A DNA stretch of 64,000 bases from Eukaryota sp. TZLM1-RC (taxonomy: Eukaryota > Protista > Metamonada: BaSk clade), in NCBI GenBank assembly GCA_040285825.1, contig JAUPSS010000007.1, forward strand, positions 1 to 64,000, written 5' to 3'. Of this stretch, positions 59,701 to 64,000 are shown piece after piece (the first letter of the stretch is position 1; the number at the start of each line of letters is the position of its first letter). The notes under the pieces are model-generated. The model was not told the origin of the DNA, searched no databases, and saw only the letters and a list, made by a program, of their open reading frames with translations. The translations under genes were made by a program, and so were the position numbers.

Positions 59701-61177
59701 TCTGCATTGAAGCTCTCCAAATCTGGAAAGATCCTGATTCTTCCATTCATGCGCTCTGAGATCCTCTTACTTGCCCATGGTTCTATCGAAGCCGGTCACC
59801 CTCCTTTCACCCATTGTTGGAAGTACCTCCAACGATCTGATTTCCAGTGGCCCGATATGCGAAACGATTTATTAACCCACGTTGACGCCTGTATACCCTG
59901 TCAGAAAACTGCACCCGTCCCCAACACCGCTATATCCCCTACTGGATCTTTAAATTCTGTTCGTCGCCCCTTTGAGAGTTTATATTGTAATTCTATCGGC
60001 CCGCTCTCAGTTGATACTTATGGCTATAAGTATATAGTCCACTTCGTCGATGCTTTTTCTAAATTTAGCATTCTTGTTCCTACCAAGGATCTTAAGGCTA
60101 CTACTGTCGTTAATGCCTTGATTTCCTCAGTCTACTCTGTATTCGGTGCTCCTCGTCGAATCCACTCTGATAACGGCCCCGAATTCGCCAACAAGATATT
60201 TAGCTTTCTATGCCAGTTCTTGAACATAGAACATTCTCAATCTCTCCCTCACTACCATCAGTCCAATGGCCTAGTTGAGCGCCAACACCGTAGTTTCCTC
60301 CAAGTAATCCGCCGGATGTTACTCGATTTCTCCGACTACCATAACTGGTCAGACTATGTTCCCCTGTGCCAAATGGTCTTGAATTTCCAGAAAAAAAAGT
60401 CCCTGAACACATCCCCGTATTGTCTCATTTTTGGATCTGATACCTCCCCCCGTTTATTGCCCAACCAGCTTTTGAATTCATTGTCAGCACACCCTCTCCC
60501 TCCTGACAAACCCGTGTACATCGATCACCTTCTGACCTTAACAAAGAAGCTTCTAGCCTCATGGGAAGCAGTGCCACAATCCCCCGTTCCACTCCCCACT
60601 GATGTTCCTGAACCTGCATATTGCCCTCAGGTCAATGGTCGAGTTTTTGTTCTGCGCGAAAAGCCAGACAAACTCCACGGTCACTTTGTAGGCCCCTATG
60701 TTGTCCTCGAAATCCTCTCTCCCAGCTCTCTCCTGGTTCAGAACCCTGTCTCAGGTTCATCTCTCAAAACAGATACCCATCTTGTAAAGCCCTGTCTGTC
60801 CTCATTGCCTCCAGAGATACTCAATGCTTATGTAGCTGCCGATTCTGGTGAGCTGATTCTTGACGCTATTATCGATATCACTGATGACTCTGCCACTGTA
60901 CTCTGGTCCGATGAACCACTACTGTTCAACTTGTCTCCTCCATTCGAAACACTGCCGCGTACTCGAGATTCATCAAGCGTTCCGTCGATCCGCCTAAGTC
61001 CCGCCGAAAAAGAAAGAGAAGGCAGTGTTAGCTGTGGCTAAACGTGACCTTCCATTTTAGGAAGGTGGATCACGTCATCACTAGTTTAAATTGTAGTTTA
61101 TTTTATTTTTCATTGATTTCTTATATTCTGTCCATAAACTTCTGTTATTGTTTATGTTAAGTGCCCGTAAAGCAACA
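56702..61177 (+). mobile_element. Ty3/Gypsy LTR retrotransposon, 5' end deleted, degenerate pol (PR-RT-RH-IN)
   Basis: VDTGA, LDLPKAFWQ, YMDD, STDAS, CDHKNL, HHCC, HSDNG, NGLVER; stops and frameshifts at 57707 and about 59000. Purine tract followed by TGTT...AACA. Confidence 0.94.
61026..61177 (+). repeat. 152-bp 3' LTR of the Gypsy element
   Basis: Follows PPT AAAAGAAAGAGAAGGCAG; termini TGTTAGCT...AGCAACA; CRE-like sequence resumes at 61178. Confidence 0.75.
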
Positions 61178-61529
61178 TTTCGGGTCGACCTCTTTTGGTT
61201 TGTGATTCTTGCACGCCAATTGATCCTTGTAGACCTCCGTTTGCAATCCCTCAGTTCGTTTCTCCTGCTCACTCGTCCTCTCTTGCAACAGTTATTCGAT
61301 CTTTAACCTTCTCTCTTCGTAAGGGCACTTGGAATCCTTCCATTTTTTGGAAATTTTTTCTTTCTAAGGCTATGTCTTCCACACACAAGAAATCCAAATA
61401 TAAGATGTCGGTTCAACAATCTAAAAATGTAAAAAAGCGTTGCGAGTCTTTGATTCTTCGTTCGCAATACTCTTCAGCTCTTAAATTATTGGCTGGTTCT
61501 TCCCCTGTTACATAGTTACATTGTTACAT

Positions 61530-61909
61530 AGTTGAAAAACAACTAACTGATGCCTCTCTCTTGGTAAAGAATCCACTCACCAAGACACTTTGAAAAACCT
61601 CAATTGACTTGATTAAGCCTTGTCCCTCGTCCCTGTCTGAAGAAATCTTACATTCCGCCGATAAAGGTGAACACATAATCCACTACATTGAAAACGATGA
61701 AGCTACCATTATCTGGTGTAGTTATATGGAACCAGTATAATAAAACCTGTAAACTCTATAAAGAACACACGCGAAACTGGCTCCTCCACTAAGATTTACC
61801 AAGAAAGAAAACCCGTGGAAAAATAAAGTAGAGGTAGTGTTGGCCTATAGCCATATTCAGTATGTATTAGTACGTTCATTATGCTATATTTAGTGCACGA
61901 AAGCCAACA
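61530..61909 (+). mobile_element. 3' remnant of a second, related Gypsy with a candidate 72-bp LTR (61838-61909)
   Basis: SLLVKNP..LIKPCPSSL..ADKGE..ATIIW is homologous to the integrase tail above. Purine tract followed by TGTTGGC...GCCAACA. Confidence 0.7.
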
Positions 61910-62049
61910 TAGTTGATCTTCTCAACACTGATGTACAGTCCGTCACTGCAGAATCCCTTCCAACTCCAGCATTCACAAACCCAACAAATTCCTAGGAAAC
62001 CTCATTTAACAAAATTTTTGATTTACTTTTTCAATTTGTTATGAATGTA

Positions 62050-62872
62050 AAATCGACGAGAAAGGCTGTCCCAATATAAGAAAAAAAACAAAACTATGGC
62101 ACATCAACTATTGAAAAGTGTGGGTGATACTAGATTTTTTGATGTAATTCGAGAGCGGTGTCGATTGGGCAAGCAGCTGAATCTGTCAATGAGGCTGATT
62201 ATTTCACCGCTCTTAGTCAAATACAAAATGACAAGGTTCGAACAGAGCTTCATTCGATTAAGGATCATTGGGCAACATATCGTTGCGAAAGTAAACGTTA
62301 CGGACACATGACTTCCAATGTATCAGAATCTCTGAATGCTGTTTTAAAATCAGCCCGTAACCACAGAAATACACAGAATCTTTGGAGTCAATCAGAAATT
62401 TAGTCTCGTCTGGAATTGCAAAAAGACAAGAGAAGGGTCGTGATTGGTTAAAAAGTGAAGCTATAGTCGTACCTAATATCAGCAAAGAAATTGACAAAAA
62501 CTCGACATAGCAGCTGAATATACTACAATTTACAGAGGTAAATGACGTCTACGAGGTTCAAACCGAACTTGGTAATTATAAAAGGGTAAATATTGCTCAG
62601 CGGCAATGTGATTGTGTAAGATGGCAGCAACTCGGATATCCTTGTTCCCACGCTGTTGCTGCTGTTGTGAAAGGAAAGCATAAGGTTGAAGAATATTGTG
62701 ATCAAGTCTATAGCATAGCTGCTTATGTGAACATGTACTCCAGAACAATTATACCACCACGAAGCAGAAATCAATGGATAGATTTAGAACCACCATCCAG
62801 TCTTCCTGTTTGAAAACGCAGAGCTGGTCGTCCATCCGTTAATAGGAAAAAAGGTTATATAGAACGTCGATA
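62050..62872 (+). pseudogene. Mutator/MULE transposase C-terminal remnant
   Basis: HW...YGHMTSNVSESLNAVLK, SWIM finger CDCVRWQQLGYPCSHAVA, RRAGRP; multiple frameshifts. Confidence 0.88.
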
Positions 62873-64000
62873 GATTGTATTTGGTTCTTGTTTATAAAAG
62901 TATATAAGAGTTTGGGATATGATTAAGACGTTTATAACACAAAGACAGAAGCTATCGACGAAAGTCATGTGCAAAAAAAACGTAAAAACCGGATGATAGG
63001 ATACATGTACAAGTAGTTGGTATGATTGGCCCTCTCACGTCATTCGTCACTGATTGGTATGAAACGAATTTGTTCTGACATCCCAAGACGCTTTTTTCTA
63101 TACCACTGGTATAAAACGAATTTTGGAATTCAAGTAATGGTATAGAAAAAATTAACCCAATGAAAAAAACAATATGCAACTGCTGAAAGAATGGAACAGA
63201 CAACACTTCGTTAAGTCATTTTTTCCACATGTTAGTCACTACCATGCTTCTTTCAGCACATATGAAACCCTCTTGGCTACGCTGTTGTCAACAGCAGTTG
63301 TTTTATCTTTTAATAAAAATCCGGGAATCTTGCTTGTTCACCTTGATGTACTTCTTTTGGCTATTGTTTATATGTTCGACTCAGCTACATGATGTCAGCT
63401 TTCCATTGTTTCTATTTGCTTTATCTCTTTTGCATCTGTTTCAATGTTGTTTTTTTGTATAACCTTCTATTTCAGTCAAAATCATGATCTTAGCTTCTTC
63501 TGTGGTTCTCTTTATTTTTCTTTAATGTTTAATGTTGTTTTTCTAATTGTCTGTTTTACCAACATGATTCCTCCATACATTGGCTTCAAGTATTGGCAAA
63601 GTACTCTTTTTGTTTTCTTCATCTTTATTCTCCAAGTTATGGTTTTGATGAATACACATATTGAGAAATCGATGGAAATTGTTGGGTTTTTCATTATAGT
63701 TTGCCTGCCTCCTGTACTTTGCGCCTTCTGTTCGTATTTCTGTCTTTTTAGTTTTTTCGGATTAAGTCGCCACGATCGGTTCACCTCGATGCTTCATTGG
63801 TTAACGATGGATCATCCTCAAATAGGCATGAAAAAAAGGGTCACTCATGATCGTAATCCTATCAAGGAGATCATTCGAGATCTGTTAGTGTAGAGTCAGC
63901 AGCTTGTACCTTCACTGTGATGTTTTTACCTATGGTGTCCCCGAAATTTATTGAACAACCCAACATCTTATGCTCATTCAACTTGTTTTAGCAAGTTTAT

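Larger units (their letters stand above)
56546..61506 (+). mobile_element. 5' part of a CRE-like copy (56546-56701 plus 61178-61506) split by a Gypsy insertion
   Basis: Both pieces match the 5' region of the 56447-53410 element; about 120 bp between them is missing. Confidence 0.85.

Noticed and set aside
63174-63893. Hydrophobic ORFs near the window end
   Set aside because: Fragmented, T-rich and without a recognisable motif; possibly a decayed membrane-protein gene but not supportable.

Overview
Eukaryotic, AT-rich, gene-dense DNA with 29-39 nt spliceosomal introns, most likely a protist (lineage is inference only). Bases 1-19791 are a ~457-bp tandem satellite interrupted by two related restriction-like-endonuclease (RLE, CRE-like) non-LTR retrotransposons with clean target-site duplications (TSDs); the full-length one carries an N-terminal RNase H. 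Bases 20-50 kb hold housekeeping genes (PPP phosphatase, PIN/AEC-like transporter, a surface protein, ML/NPC2, OGT, ELMO-domain protein, SmD2, Pol III RPC9, CWC22), non-LTR fragments and three Fanzor (eukaryotic TnpB-like) loci. One Fanzor has an intact RuvC triad and a structured 3' RNA-like tail (candidate omegaRNA), one is a decayed relative of it, and one is a Fanzor1 preceded in frame by a family-B-polymerase-type 3'-5' exonuclease domain. Two of the Fanzors end just upstream of a bipartite motif shared by the leaders of the two spliceosomal genes. Bases 52-63 kb are nested CRE-like, Gypsy and MULE remnants. All calls come from reading the sequence and recalled family motifs; no searches were run.
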